Part shown: positions 25,014 to 38,025 of the stretch, piece after piece
Position numbering within the stretch: position 1 is the stretch's first letter
Layout of the letters: each line of letters starts with the position of its first letter
From: Squalus acanthias
Lineage: Eukaryota
Length of the DNA: 64,000 nucleotides
NCBI GenBank assembly: GCA_030390025.1
Contig: CM059433.1
Coordinates: forward strand, 111,290,001 to 111,354,000
Reading direction: 5' to 3'
The notes under the pieces: model-generated
Databases searched by the model: none
The model's input: only the letters and a program-made list of their open reading frames with translations
What the model was told of the DNA's origin: nothing
Position numbers and translations under genes: made by a program

Positions 25014-27740
25014 TGTGAGACAATTCTAAAAATATATTGTAAGGGGTTTCGTGTGGCTCTGTGCTTAGCCTGGGTGCTAGTGCGGGGTTAGGCCTTGTTG
25101 CCTGTTCTGGTCTCCAGCCAGCCTGGTAACACTAGACACCTGTGAGTGGTTCGACCCCCTCGCCCTTACGGTTCTGACACTGGACTTAGGTGCGAGAGCA
25201 ATAATGCAGAGAAAACTCAGGTAGACTCGGTTGAATAGTATGAAATGGAAAATCTTTATTGCATATTATTCAAGATTACGAGATACATGCCATAAGCACA
25301 GATTAATGACAGTACAAACTTACATACATTTATGCAACTAGGTTTAGGGAAACGAGGAGCGCACGACACATCGTAAAAGGGGACACACATTATAATTATC
25401 CTTAAAACATAAACCCTCCCCTATCAATACCTGTCCTAATCTAGATCTGTAGGATCGAGACTCATGCTCACCACTCGTGATAACTCGGAGAATTCCGAAA
25501 CGCTGCTCGGATGTTTTCACCACAGCACCTGAATATTCACGTGTTGATCAGGGGTCCCTGTACCCCACTTGTTTACTCGCTTTGCTCCGGCTAGCAGGCT
25601 GGACCGTCTGCTGTCAGGAAGATCTGTGTTGACCTCGGAACTCTGATAAAACTCAAAGAAGAGTCTTCCTGTGCTCGACGCCAGTTAGCTGGTAAAATTC
25701 AAAGAAGAGTCTTTCTGGACCGACACCAATTGTCGGTAGAACTCGAAGAAAAGTCTTCCAGGGCCAGTTGTGGAGTAGCCGATAGAATTCGAAGAAATGG
25801 TTCATCGATTTTCGGGCGCGGTCGGGGTTTACTGACCGCGGCGGCACGTGTAGTCGTCTTCTTCTCTTCTCATCTCATCTCATCTCATCTCCTCTCGGGC
25901 CTTCGGTTCCAACACCGTTTACCGACTTCTCGGGATGGTGCGCCCGCTTACAGGCCTTCGCAGACCAGCTCTCCACAGATCTTCGTGGCAAGCCACGAGG
26001 TTGACTCCCGGAAAATCAACGGATCAGAGAAGCGAGTCAAAGGAATAAGAGTCGTCAGGGATAAGAGGCATCAGAATAAGAGAAAGATGGACGTTTGGAC
26101 ACTACAGTTATAGTACTGTAATTCCTTATCTCCCGCCCAATCTTAATGTTCATCTTTTGTCATGTTTTGGCGCTCAAACTTCTTGTATGGGGTGGTACTT
26201 GTCGTTAATGGGTTTTGGTGATACTTGTAACTGTCTGAGTACACGTTAATATTTCTCCCCTTGTGGAACCGGCTAGGAGTCTCCCTGGAGGGGTTTTGGG
26301 GGCCTCCGAATTCTTGCTGTGAGTACCCGCGAATGGCTCTCTCATCGTAGAGCCGTGGGGAATTTGGATGGGCCCTTAATTGCCCAGTACAATAGCTCTC
26401 ATTTGTGCATGAAAAAAACCCGATTCCAGCACTTATATTCCTTGCTTGGGTGTTAAAATGCAAAACGATCTCGTCTTGTCTTATCTCAATATGCTGAGTC
26501 CTGTCCGATCTTGCTGAAATGTTTATTGAAACGCCATCTTGTCTGCCTGCTGAAAGTCTAGAACCTTCTGCCACGAGGCGTGGCAGCCATTTTACAGGCT
26601 GCTTGTGTCCGTTTTGAAAACTGACAGCATTTTGCTGAAATAAAACTGTGTTTACGAAACTGTATGTCTCTTTCTCATTATTTTTAAATCGCGATAATTT
26701 GCGAATTCTACAATATAGATTTATTAAAGAACCGACATGCAGCTAACAGTTGGTGATTCAATCACAACTTTAACAGTTCAAAATACAAATAGCTTACATT
26801 TCTTATCAGAGATCCTTATTCTCAAATCTTAACTTCATTACATTTCCACACTTCGTACTTATTTATAATCCAGGATATCCACCAAAATCAAATAAAAGTA
26901 CCTTTTGATCCCTGAGACTCAAAGAGTTAAAAACTTAGAGCCTGCCTCTGAAGTTGAGAATCACTTGCCCCTTCCAGCGACTTCTGACTTCCTATCTGAA
27001 AGTTCCATATCTTATACTCTTTTTGCAGTGGCATATCCTTTGAAGTTTTCTGCTGATGTAAGCTAATTATCTCTAGTCATATTTCTGTTGACTTCATTCT
27101 ATTCTTACTGTTAATTCAGCTGTTAACTTGCAGACTTGTATCTCTACCTTTAGGTGTTCGAAACCTATCATAAAAAATGGTTATAACTGATTTATCTATT
27201 TGATGCCCTTCTTACAAAGGTCTTCTATTGAATTCTTAAATCACTTTAACTGGTTGAAAGCAGACATCATGTCTCCAGGTTGTTCCATTTTCAACACAAA
27301 CACAATGCGATTGCTTGGTGCATCTATTGGTGTAATATTTACAAAGTCTTGTTTGTATCTTTTACAACATGTAAATTTAAACCCACTTCAACTGAGTGCA
27401 TAATTGTTTTCCTAGCTACTTCAATTGGTTGTATTACAACCTGTCTTTCATTTGATGTTACTTTTACAAAGACACATTTTAATGTTCTGTGTTTCTGTTC
27501 AAAGTGTTAGTTTTTAAACACTTTAAACTGGCTATAGCTATTGTGTTGGTTCCAAACTGCAGACTTCTTGGAAGAAACTCTTTGCTTCTTCAATAGGGCC
27601 ATTGTTTTAGTGTCTACAACCAATTCCCATTTCAAAAGCTTGTATGGTGTTTACAGCTTTGTGACTCGTCTTATCTCAGAAGCCTGTATTTACAGCTTTG
27701 TGTCGTTGAGGCATTTAGATTTTTAAACCCAGTTTGTCAT
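25014..27740 (-). mobile_element. possible older AT-rich LTR-like element hosting LTR copy 2
   Basis: TGTGAGACAA start, TTGTCATA end and minus-strand AATAAA at about 26720; no TSD verified. Confidence 0.25.
25038..26712 (-). mobile_element. solo LTR (1675 bp), copy 2
   Basis: TGTA...TACA termini, perfect 4-bp TSD ATAT, minus-strand TATAA 26112-26108 and AATAAA 25260-25255. Confidence 0.9.
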
Positions 27741-29283
27741 ATTTTAATAAAGTCAGAATTCTGTTCATAGGATGGTGTATTTTTCTGAATAGGTATGGCT
27801 CATTCCTTTACAGTCTTTGTAGGGCAATAATGCACACACTGCCCGTGAGAAGTCGGAGAGGCGGGCGTGGGTTGCAGCAAGAGATGATGATGGTTTCAAT
27901 TCACTTTTGGTCAACTGATCCATGCTTGCTTCAGGTGCCTATGGGCCTGAAAGCACTGACGCTATGTTAAGAGACCTTCATAAGAGCGCAATTGGAGAAT
28001 ACTCACCTTTCAGAGCTCGGGGCTGAGATTTGTTCGAACACAGGGTTTAAGGAGGGGCATAAAACATCGAGGATACTTGGGCACACTGAACCTTTGTACC
28101 TAACTCACTCAAGCGCAAGATTCTGCGACCTTTAAGCCGCGTAATTTGTTCGCGCCTAGATCTCGCTGGACGCAAATGCGGAGGAAACTCCAGGCCCTGA
28201 AGTTTGTTGCTCTGGACGCGTTTTTTTTTCTATTTTACGGATGAAGATTATATGCTGCTCATGCCCTTTTTTTTTCATCTGCTTTAAACAAGCGCCACAA
28301 AACCTTTGATCCAGCACAACTAATCCTGAGTAGTTCACTGGCGCTATATTTTTTATTCTTCATAATTTACTTTTGAAAATCTTACACGCTGAGCAAAATA
28401 TTTCTAATTATAAAAATAATTGCTAATAAAAGGCAGTAGAGTTTTCACTTTTTTTTTATTTAAATGCCCCCAGGGGAGTATGTCCACAGACAACCACTTT
28501 GATTTCCCTCCGACTCTTGTAAAAAGAATTAGCTTCAATCGCGTGAAGACAGCACTGTTCTATCCACTCCATTTAAATAAAAAGCCCATGTCGGCAGTCT
28601 CGGCCAAAACACTATCATATAGAAAATGAAAATGAAAATTGCTTGACCTGTAATATTATATTCTTTTGATTCCTTACAGAAGAACTCAGCAGTTTAATTG
28701 TACAAATGTATTATGGTAAATGAAATTATGGTTTGCTCCAGAAACAATGACCCCTTTTCTCCTCCTGTTGCATTTCTCTATCTCTCTTTGCGCCAGTAAT
28801 GTAATGGCTCAATGTGCAGCATTCTTTAAAATCAGTATGATCGCCTAAGACCGGTCTGGGAGGGAGTGCTATTGAAAAGAGGTCCTGCTTCCTCAGTAAA
28901 AGGTTAGGGTACCTGTCACTCAACCAAGTGTGTTTTTTTAACATACTAAATGGAATGTTTGGACTAAAAGCTAACGAGGAGAGATATCCCATTCAGAGAA
29001 TTGCACTTTTTCCCCTTGAAAATATGAAAAGAAGTGAACTGGTTTTCTTAATATTAATGGACAGATTATCTCTTTTCAGTTGAAGGCTAACAGATTGTGA
29101 AGAACAGTCTTTTGATGACTCAAGGATACAATTCCCTTTGTAAACTATAATTGCTCTACACGTAAGCTAATACTGGGCTGCATGCAGATAGAAAATTGTT
29201 AACTCTTATGCTTATTACAGTAATAAAGCTGCTTAGATGTCAGGACAATCTTTATTGCCATAATATTAACCTTATGTAACTAT

Positions 29284-29445
29284 GGGGCTGAAATTGTACT
29301 ATGGTGGCAACAGTGCATTTTGCGCTGGCTGCTAGACTGACGTTGCTCCCCTGGGAGTGCACGGAATTTGTCACTGGTTATCCGCTCCCTCTTCATCCGG
29401 CACAGGCCTGCTCCGCCAACATACAGCAGTGGAACTTCAGCTCCC
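29284..29445. mobile_element. short Harbinger-type MITE
   Basis: GGGGCTGAAATT / AACTTCAGCTCC inverted ends. Confidence 0.5.
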
Positions 29446-29547
29446 TAAATAAATAAATAAAACACAATTTTAATGACATTTAAAAAAAAATAAACAATTT
29501 AATTCTTCTCAGTCTATCTTTTTTATGTCATTCTACCTTCCTCACTA

Positions 29548-30012
29548 TGTGTCAGCTGTGGCTCAGTTGGTAGCACACTGGCCTCTGAGTCAGAAGGTTG
29601 TGGGTTTAAGTCCCACTCCAGGGACTTGAGCACATAAATCTAGGCTGACACTCCAGTGCAGTGCTGAGGGAGTGCTGCACTGTCGGAGGTGCTATCTTTC
29701 GGATGAGACGTTAAACAGGCCCTGCCTGCTCTCTCAGGTGGATGTAAATGATCCCATGGCACTATTTCGAAGAAGAGCAGGGGAATTATCCCCGGTGTCC
29801 TGGCCAATATTTATCCCTCAATCAACATCACTAAAATACATATAATCTGGTCATGATCACATTGCTGTTTGTGGGACCTTGCTGTGTGCAAACTGGCTGC
29901 TGCATTTCCCACATTACAACAGTGACTACACTTCAAAAGTACTTAATTGGCTGTAAAGCACTGAGATGTCTGATGGTCAGGAAAGGTGCTATATAAATGC
30001 AAGTCTTTCTTT
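29548..30012 (+). mobile_element. SacSINE1-like DeuSINE, full length
   Basis: tRNA head (TGGCTCAGTTGG, GGTTTAAGTCC), Deu-domain (GATCCCATGGCACTATTTCGAAGAAGAGCAGGGG..CCTGGCCAATATTTATCCCTCA) and an L2-like tail. Confidence 0.9.
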
Positions 30013-30039
30013 ATTTTTCTCCCTCACGACTTTTATTAT

Positions 30040-30430
30040 ATTGTCACTCTTGCCTGTGAGTCAGGAAGTTGTGACGCCAAGCTCCACTCCAGTACATGAG
30101 CAAATAATCTAGGCTGACACTTGATTGAGGGAGGTGAGGTCCTTACAGACGAGACATTAAACTGAGCTCCCATTTGCCTGTTTTGGTGGTTGAGATGGAT
30201 GATAAATAAAATGTGGCATTAAAAATTGAAAATGCACAGGGAGAGTCCATGCCAATATTCTTTCCTCAACCAACAAAACCAAAGGAAAAGGCGAACTGAT
30301 AATTCATCTCATTGCTTTCTGAGACCTTGTACACAAAACAGCTTTTGCATTTGCCTACCCTTCAAAATAATTCCTTGTATGTGAAGGGCTTTGAGACATT
30401 TCTGAGAGATGTGCTAAGGTACTATATAAA
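30040..30430 (+). mobile_element. older decayed DeuSINE
   Basis: Colinear but diverged match to 29575-30000. Confidence 0.65.
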
Positions 30431-30770
30431 AAGAAAGAAAGACTTGCATTTCTATAGCGCCTTTCACGACCACCGGACCACTTTACAGTCAATGAAGTAT
30501 TTTTTGAAGTGGAGTCACTGTTGTAATGTGGGAAACATGGCAGCCAATTTGCACACAGCAAGGTCCCACAAATAGCAATGTGATAATGACCAGATAATCT
30601 GTTTTTTGTTATGTTAATTGAGGGATAAATATTGGCCAAGGCACCGGGGATAACTCCCCTACTCTTCTTCGAAATAATGCCATAGGATCTTGTATGTCCA
30701 CCTGAGAGAACAGACGGGGCCTCGGTTTAACGTCTCATCTGAAAGACGGCACCTCCGACAGTGCAGCACA
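30427..30770 (-). mobile_element. 5'-truncated SacSINE1-like DeuSINE
   Basis: Reverse complement of 29670-30012. Confidence 0.85.
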
Positions 30771-30904
30771 TATAAAGAGTGGTGTAGACCTATCTCCAAA
30801 CCAAGTCCCCTGCAAGCATGCCTTCCTACTGGGAGCATCAGATTGTTGAATCATCCCTATAAATGCAACTTCTTACTTCTATATTTACATTCTTTTTTCT
30901 AGCT

Positions 30905-31590
30905 ATCAAATCAATCATGTCTGCTGTTCTTCTGTCTCTCATGAAAATTCTAACATCTCACACCTGACGCTTTGATCAGTCTGAAGTATCTGAAGAGAGC
31001 TTCACCCCTGCTCATGACTGCAATAGCAGAAAGTCTGAGGAAATTCAGCGCCATTGTTTCTTTTCTTCAATTCTTCAAACACACAATTTCTTCATGTCTC
31101 TCGAATGCTCCACGCTTAGTCCTTCATCACCCATCAGTATTCTTGGATGGACTTTCTCTCACACCTGAATTGAAGCTCACATAGAACCTCCATTTATAAA
31201 AGGTGCCTCCAATATCCTCAGTTTCTCCTTCTGTGTCAAAAACTTCTTATCCCCTCAACAGCCCTTAAGCGCATCTGTCCAAGACTTCAATACTTCTTCT
31301 CCGAATCCCTTTCTCGCACTCTTTGTCTGACTTTCAATCCTCTAGCCTCTAATTTTTCTCCAGCACAAGCTTTTATATCTTCTTGTTTTTAACAATATTG
31401 TTATGATCAGCAATTCTCCAAACTTTCCTCTCTAGTTGCCCCCCCCCACCCCCCAAGTTCGAAATGCACTATCCTACACACATTATCCTCCCTATCTCCT
31501 CACGATGTTGAAATCAAGACTCATTGCCAAACATTCCTGGAACCCCCTACCTCTCTCAGCTCTTCCTTTCTTCAGAAAACATTAGGCTTT
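30905..31590 (+). mobile_element. highly decayed L2 fragment
   Basis: Pyrimidine-rich L2-like ORF2 end; no intact frame. Confidence 0.45.
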
Positions 31591-31619
31591 CAAACCCAAG
31601 CTTGCGGGTATGAGGGTGT

Positions 31620-31995
31620 ACTAGCTTTTGTAAAACGACTAGCAATCCTGAATTGTGAGCTCAAATCCAAGTGGTAAAATGCATTTCAATAAACCTGGAA
31701 TTCTGCGGGTTGATACCAAAATGAATGACCATGAAAGCTGCTGAATTGTCATAAAAATCAATCTGATTCACTGATACCCTTCAGAGAAGAGAACCTCCCA
31801 ACCCTTTCCAGTCTCACCTGTAAATGACACCAGTCCTACATGATGTGGTACCCTCCAAAGTGGCCTATCAAGTGACTCAGTTGTAAAACAATCACTAGAA
31901 GGTGGCCCACCATTAACTCCTCAGGGCAGCTAGGGATGGGCAATAAATGCCGTCTTGCCAGTGTTGCCCACATCCTGAGAACAAATTTAAAAAGA
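31620..31995 (+). mobile_element. SINE with a CR1-derived tail
   Basis: Body matches 3265-3450; tail (GGGCAGCTAGGGATGGGCAATAAATGCC..CCCACATCC) is shared with the LINE at 8450-8545. Confidence 0.7.
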
Positions 31996-32562
31996 AAACT
32001 TGACATCAACTACTTCCTGATTTACCTCATCTCTTTTACTCTTTTCTGCCTTAGTATTAAACTGCATTATAGGCCTTGGGGGGGAAATTCATCCCCTTAG
32101 CGCCTACCGTTAGCACCAGCAGATAGCATGAATGGGGAGCTAAAAGCAGTATCGCCAGGACGAAGCGAATCCAGCGCCACACGCAAAATCCCGCCACCCC
32201 CCCATAGCGCCGCCGTTAAGAGATATCGCCAGGAGCGTGAACGCCAGGTGGATTGTGACGTCAGTGAATGTGCAATGCTCACTGACCGCCCGATCTGCTA
32301 ACTTGATTGTCACCTCCTACCTTAGCGCCTGGAGTAAACACCGACAGGGAGAGCTGGCGTGAAGCACCAGGGATGTTATTTCAAGGGATCATCACTAATG
32401 ACTCGCAGCTGTCAGGTTAGTGCAGTTTCAGTGGTTTCTTGTCAGTTTCACATAGTTTCATTCAGTAATTTCAAAGTTCTTTTTTATCAGGAGTGTTGTG
32501 GCAACTAAAAAGTAGCTACATTTATTCTTCAAAGAATCAAACTGCTACACTTGGTAACATTA

Positions 32563-33684
32563 ATGGGGGCTATACTGGCAGTCGATCTCGCCCTCCAGGA
32601 TCTATGGCGGAGGGAGTGGAGGCAGCGAGAAAGACTGGAACTGGAGGGAGGCCTTACCCGAGGGTATTCCGAGGGCTCTTTGCCTACCTCCAATTAAGTG
32701 AGGAGCAGAGTATTAGAAGTCTCTGCTTCACCAAGGAGGTGGTCACAGAATTCTGCCACCTCCTGCAACCAGACCTCCAACCTCAGACCAGGGCAACCAT
32801 GGCTCTCCCAGTGGCAGTCAAGGTCACCGTCGCCCTCAATTTCTTTGCCAGTGGATCCTTCCAGTCTGCAACAGGAGACATAGCTAACATCTCACAGTTC
32901 GTCATCCATTGCTGCATCCGGGAGGTCATAGAGGATCTCTACAGTAGGAGAAGGGACTACATTTCCTTCCCCATCACCAGAGAGAAGCAGGACGAGCGTG
33001 CATGTGGCTTTGTCAGGATAGTAGGATTGCCCATGGTGCAGCGCACCATTGACTGCACCCACATGGCTTTGAGGGCACCGCATAACAATCCTGAGATATT
33101 CTGTAACTGCAAAGGTTACCACTCATTTAATGTGAAGTTGGTGTGTGACAGCGAATCCTCAATGTGAATGCCTGCTATCCTGAAAGCAGCCACGGTGCCT
33201 TCATCCTTTGCCAGACCGGTGTGCCAGCACTCTTCGAGCCACCACATCAAGCTTGTGACTGGCTGCTCGGAGACAAGGGCTATCTGCTCGACACCTGGCT
33301 CATGACTCCCCTCCGCAACCCAGCACTCCTGCCCAGCACTCATATAATGAGAGCCATGCTGCAACCAGGAACATAATCGAGCAGACCATCGGCCTGCTGA
33401 AACAATGGTTCTGCTGCCTTGACCGCTCGGGAGGAGCCCTCCAGTACTCGGCTGAGCGGGTGCCCCATTTCATGGTGATCTGCTGCATGCTCCACAACTT
33501 GGTCATCATGAAGTCCCAGCTCTTGCCACCAGGGATTGTGGGACCACCTCAGGAGAAGGAAGAGGGAGTGGAGGAGGAGGGGGACGAGGAGGAAGAGGAA
33601 CAGGAGCGAGGGAGGAGGCAGCCATTCAATCGACCTTCCGGATGTGCGGTCCTTGACCGCCTCATCAGACTGCGGTTCAAGTGA
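32563..33684 (+). pseudogene. Harbinger DDE transposase (HARBI1-like), frameshifted
   Basis: VALNFFASGSFQ, IDCTH, KGYHSFNVKLVCD, WLLGDKGY, RNIIEQTIGLLK, CCMLHN and an acidic tail; several frameshifts. Confidence 0.93.
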
Positions 33685-33849
33685 ATTCAACCCCAGATCC
33701 CCTTTGTTCACCACATCCCCATCATTCCATCTCTGCCGCAGGCCATATCACAGTGCAAAGCTGAAATGAGACACACGGCATAAGAATCTAAAATAAATTA
33801 ATAACGTTAACAAAAATCAGTGAATAAATATTTACACCAAAAATATTAA

Positions 33850-35745
33850 CTATTCACCCTTGTGCAATCCCTTAGTGCCTGTCGTTACTGTGCCTTTGCC
33901 TACTCTAGTGCTCCTACGAAGTGTTGGCCCAGTGGCTGCAGCAGGGCTGGTGGAAGGCTGCTGAGTGTCCATGCGGTAGACTTCAGATGGCCTTGCAGGA
34001 TGCCCTCGACCAGCTCTGTGTCTGGAAAGCCCGGCTGTAGACTGCATCACCTCAGTATGGGTGGCAGCAGTCTGGGCTGGCTGGATGACAGGTAGCGACA
34101 AGGGCAATGGCGGAGTGCCAGTGGTGGGGGCAGGAATGCTGTCCTCTTAGAGAGGACATGAGGTTCCTGCTCCACTGACACACTGCCACTCCCCCGGGCA
34201 GCAACTCAGCATCCTTAGCAATCGGTTGGAGCACAGATTGCTGGCGTGCTGCGACACCTGTGAAAGCCCTGGTCGACGGTGGTAGACCCAGCCACGATGG
34301 CAGCAGTCAGAGCTTGCGAGGCATCAAGCTGAGACTGCATGAGAGCAGTCTGAGATTGGATGCCACCAACCATAGACTGCATTAAAGCACTAAGATATTA
34401 CGTTGCTTCCGCCTGTGCTGCAATGGAAGCTGCCAGATCACCCATCACACGTGGCATCAGGTCAGGGTCGCCACGGTCTCTCTGGGAGCCTACCATCCTT
34501 TGCAGACTGGAAATAATGGGCTCCATGGTGCGCGCAGAGCCTTGTGCAATGTTGGAGGCGGACACCTCCACGCTCCTTATCATTGCCAAGAGGCTCTCAG
34601 GCACCCTTGCCATTACACCTATCATCTCCGTGTGCATGCCCATCACCCTTCTTCTCAACGCCTCCCCATCGAGATCCTCATCTGAGTCCAGTGCAGCAGA
34701 ACTCGCGCGTGAACTCGACCTCCAGGGAGCTGGCCCCCGAGCTATCCTTTCCCCCTGTCCTTGCTGCAGCCCACTCATCCCCGGTGCATCACCATGCGCA
34801 GCTCCCGCTACTATACTAGCCTCTAAAGAACGTGTAGTGCCAGTATCTGAGCTGATGCCTGCGGGTGAGAGATACAGTGATGCGTTGTGTTCTTCCTCCT
34901 CCTCTTCTCCTGCCTCACTCTCTACCGTGTCCTCAGGGACAGGCTGCTCAGGTGCTTGCTGATTATCTGAAAGCATAAAGACACAAGAGTCGGGTTAAGG
35001 TGAGGGGAGGGGGGCAGGAAGGGAGAAATGCATGCATGCAGCATGATTAGCTGGAAAGTGCGAAACGCTGGTGGGGTGAGGGGGAAGTGGGATGTGAGAA
35101 GGAGGAGTTGGGATGAACATACCGTTGTTGTCCCCAAGGGCTCAACGTTGCCAGTGGCCACGGCACCCACCACCTGGCACCCAATGAGCTCCAGCACCCT
35201 ATTTTCCAGCTCAGACAGTGGTTGGGTGTCAGGTTGTCCCTCGCCTGTGCACTCCTGCTCCCTCCTGTTGTGAGCCACCTTGGCCTGCAAGAGAAAGGAA
35301 AGTGTGTGAGTGAGTGTGGAGCAATGTATTTGGGTGATGTGTCTGCCATGGTTGAATAGCTGTCATTGTGTGCAAGGTGTGAGATGTGGGTGTGAGTGTT
35401 GGTAGGTAGAGATTGTTGGTGGCTGAGTGCTGGGGGTGTGGTGTTTTGGGCAGTGTGTGAAGGTTATGGCTCAGATGGTGGTATGTAGCATTTGTTGAAA
35501 CATTCACTCACCCTGACCACCCAAGTGAGGTCATTAAATTTCTTCGTGCATTGTGTGTGGGTCCAGGGTACCACAGCGCTGCCAGAGACGTGCTGCGCTA
35601 GCTCCCTCCACATGGTATGGAAGACTTGTGGTGAGGGCCTCCTGCCACTTGTCGGGTAGAGCACCCACCTCCGTCTGTCCACTGTGAAAACCAATGCCCC
35701 ATTGCCGAATCTGTGGGCTCTCTCCTTGGGTCATGGTTCTGCCAT
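33850..35745 (-). pseudogene. Harbinger Myb/SANT-like gene, 3 exons: 35745-35512, 35284-35123, 34966-33850
   Basis: WRELAQHVS..TQCTKKFNDL|AKVAHNRREQECTGEG..LSELENRVLELIG; TGA at codon 5, probably from CpG decay. Confidence 0.88.
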
Positions 35746-36672
35746 GATTACACCTGGTTCAGTCCTCCGGCTCCTTATCCTTGTCCTGCTTATGCTTGCT
35801 GAGGCAGCTGCACAACAAGCAATGTTGAGAATGAGGTGCTACAGCATCAAAGAACCTCCCCTTTAAGAACTGAAAAAAGCCTGTGGCAATCATGACTTGT
35901 GATTAGATTGCAGCTGATATTGGTCCACTCTTTGAGTAAAATGTCAATGAGCTTGGGCTTTCAGACTTGAATTAGGACTCCAATCATTTTTTTGAGCAGT
36001 GAGCACGAATTTTGCGTGCATTGTAAAGCATTAGCGCCTGGCGCTAATTCTCCAACTTTTCTACTGACACCGCCCATTTCTTGGCTATAATAAATTTCTA
36101 GCCCTATGATTTTCCACCTTGGCATCTCAATTTTGAAAAAGTCTAACAGTGTCACTGTCGTGACCACTGAAGAATCCTGAGTAGCGCAGGCCCAGATACT
36201 CATCACAATCCAATTTGGTAGAGATGGGCCAAAACAGATGTTAGGCCCCATATTTACATACATAAGGGGTTTAACGCCTGATTCAGGTGGCCGCCAGGGA
36301 CGCCTGAAAATAGGCCCTACTCAATATTGGTTCGGATATCTTTCAGGATGTCGATCCCTGAAATTGGCCCTTGTTGTGTCCGTTTTACACCTGTAAAATT
36401 GGCACAAGGGCGAATTTCTTCTCTATAGCATTTGACTTGGCACTTTGGTAGAAAAAGTATTCAACACCATCCCTATTTTGAAATGACCCCTTCTAACTTA
36501 GAGGAAACAAGTTTGCATTGGGCAGCTTTATGGGCATCACTAAGACTAGTAACCCTGCAAAGGAGGAAATCAATCATTTTCCATAGTTTCCTTAAAATTT
36601 CAGCCAATCATTCAAGTGACCTTAAAATTAAGTGCTTGTTGAAAATGTTTCCTAATAATCTCTGGAAAGTTA

Positions 36673-38025
36673 GACCTAGAAATTGGGCTACTTACCTGTT
36701 ACTGGTAGAGTCCTGAAAAAAAATGGCAGCTGCCGCTCTGACGCCTGCCTCTGGCACGGGACTCGCCAGCCGCCATTTTGGTGAGGACTATAGCACTACT
36801 GTTGGCAGCGCTGGCCTGGACATGCAAATCTGGAGAGCCTGCATGCTGACTTAACGCCACACTCTGCGAATTTGGACCTTAGCGCTGAGTTTAACACTGG
36901 GTCCTAAGCTCGCTCTAAAAAGCAAGCGTGCAGCAGACCGACAGGAATGCTCTCAGCACTTCTTAAATGGACACGCACATCTTTCAGGTAAGTTTGGATT
37001 TAAGCTTTTGGATAGGACTTTTTATATTTTATTAAAGTAGTGGCTTGGTGCAATAGATGTTAAACATTTTTAAATTGTGCAGGGAGTGCTGCTGGAAACT
37101 TGCATGGCCTCGGATGATAAAGGAAGGCCTTTGAGCAGACAGAAAATGCTGGAAATACTCAGCCGGTCAGGCACCATCCGTGGAGAGAGAAACAGAGTTC
37201 ACTTCTCAGGTCAAGATGCTGCCTGACCTGCTGAGTATTTCTAGCACGTTATGCTTTTATTTCAGAATTACAGCATCTTCTCAGAGGGAAGAGGAAGATG
37301 CAGAAGAGGAAGACACAGAAGAGGAGGAAGCTGAAGAAGAGGAAGCAAAAGGAAGGATACAACCCAGACAGCCCCTTTCTGGCCAGGATATCCAGTGACC
37401 ACAAGCCCAATTGCCTTTTCAACATTTGTCCCACACCTTACCTTCCCTCTGTTACTGACCATCACAGCATCCTCTTGGCCACAATGCTGAAATAAAAGCC
37501 ACCACAAAGCAAACCTTCCAATCCAACTTTATATATCTATCCATCCAATATGACATCAAGAAATCAACTAATCACCCTTATGCATTCTCTTAGTGACTGT
37601 CTTGTGTGTGCCTTTGCCTATCCTACTGATGTAGTGCTACCCCAGTGGTTGCAGCATGGCTGGTGGAAGGCTGCTGACTTTCAGTGGGGCACACTGCAAA
37701 TGGTCTTGTAGGTAGACCTTGAAGAGCTGGTGGCTGGAAGTGTGAAATCGAGTGATGGTGTTTCTTCTTCTTTTTCACTCTCCTCTCCCTCTTCTTAGTC
37801 AATTCAGCTTTAGAGCTGGAGACTGCCATTTGGGAATTTGTTTTAATGTTTATTTCTTTTCAGAAGGCAGTTGAGCTCTAAGGGCTAAAAACTCCCTATT
37901 TTTAAATGTTTTTTATTTTTTTCATTTTAGAAGGCAGTTCCCCTTTAAGGGACCGCACTGCTTTCTTAAATGACAGCCTTTCTTTAAGAGAAGGCAGGGT
38001 TCCAGCCCTCTGGAATTTCTAGGCC
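36673..38025. mobile_element. non-autonomous Harbinger with Penelope-terminal hairpin
   Basis: TIRs GACCTAGAAATT / AATTTCTAGGCC, TSD TTA; hairpin at 37135-37277; 3' tips of both transposase and Myb retained. Confidence 0.85.

Larger units (their letters stand above)
32078..36104. mobile_element. near full-length decayed autonomous Harbinger transposon
   Basis: Imperfect TIRs GGGGGGGAAATTCAT / ATAAATTTCTAGCCC enclosing convergent transposase and Myb genes. Confidence 0.88.

Noticed and set aside
26143-26574. 143-aa accessory ORF in the LTR U3
   Set aside because: Non-ATG start, no recognisable motif, and no comparable ORF in LTR copy 1
6260-26712. The two LTRs as ends of one provirus
   Set aside because: Each has its own target duplication, they are clearly diverged, and no gag or pol lies between them
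32563-33684. Host HARBI1 gene
   Set aside because: Frameshifted, enclosed by TIRs and paired with a Myb gene, so it is a transposon copy
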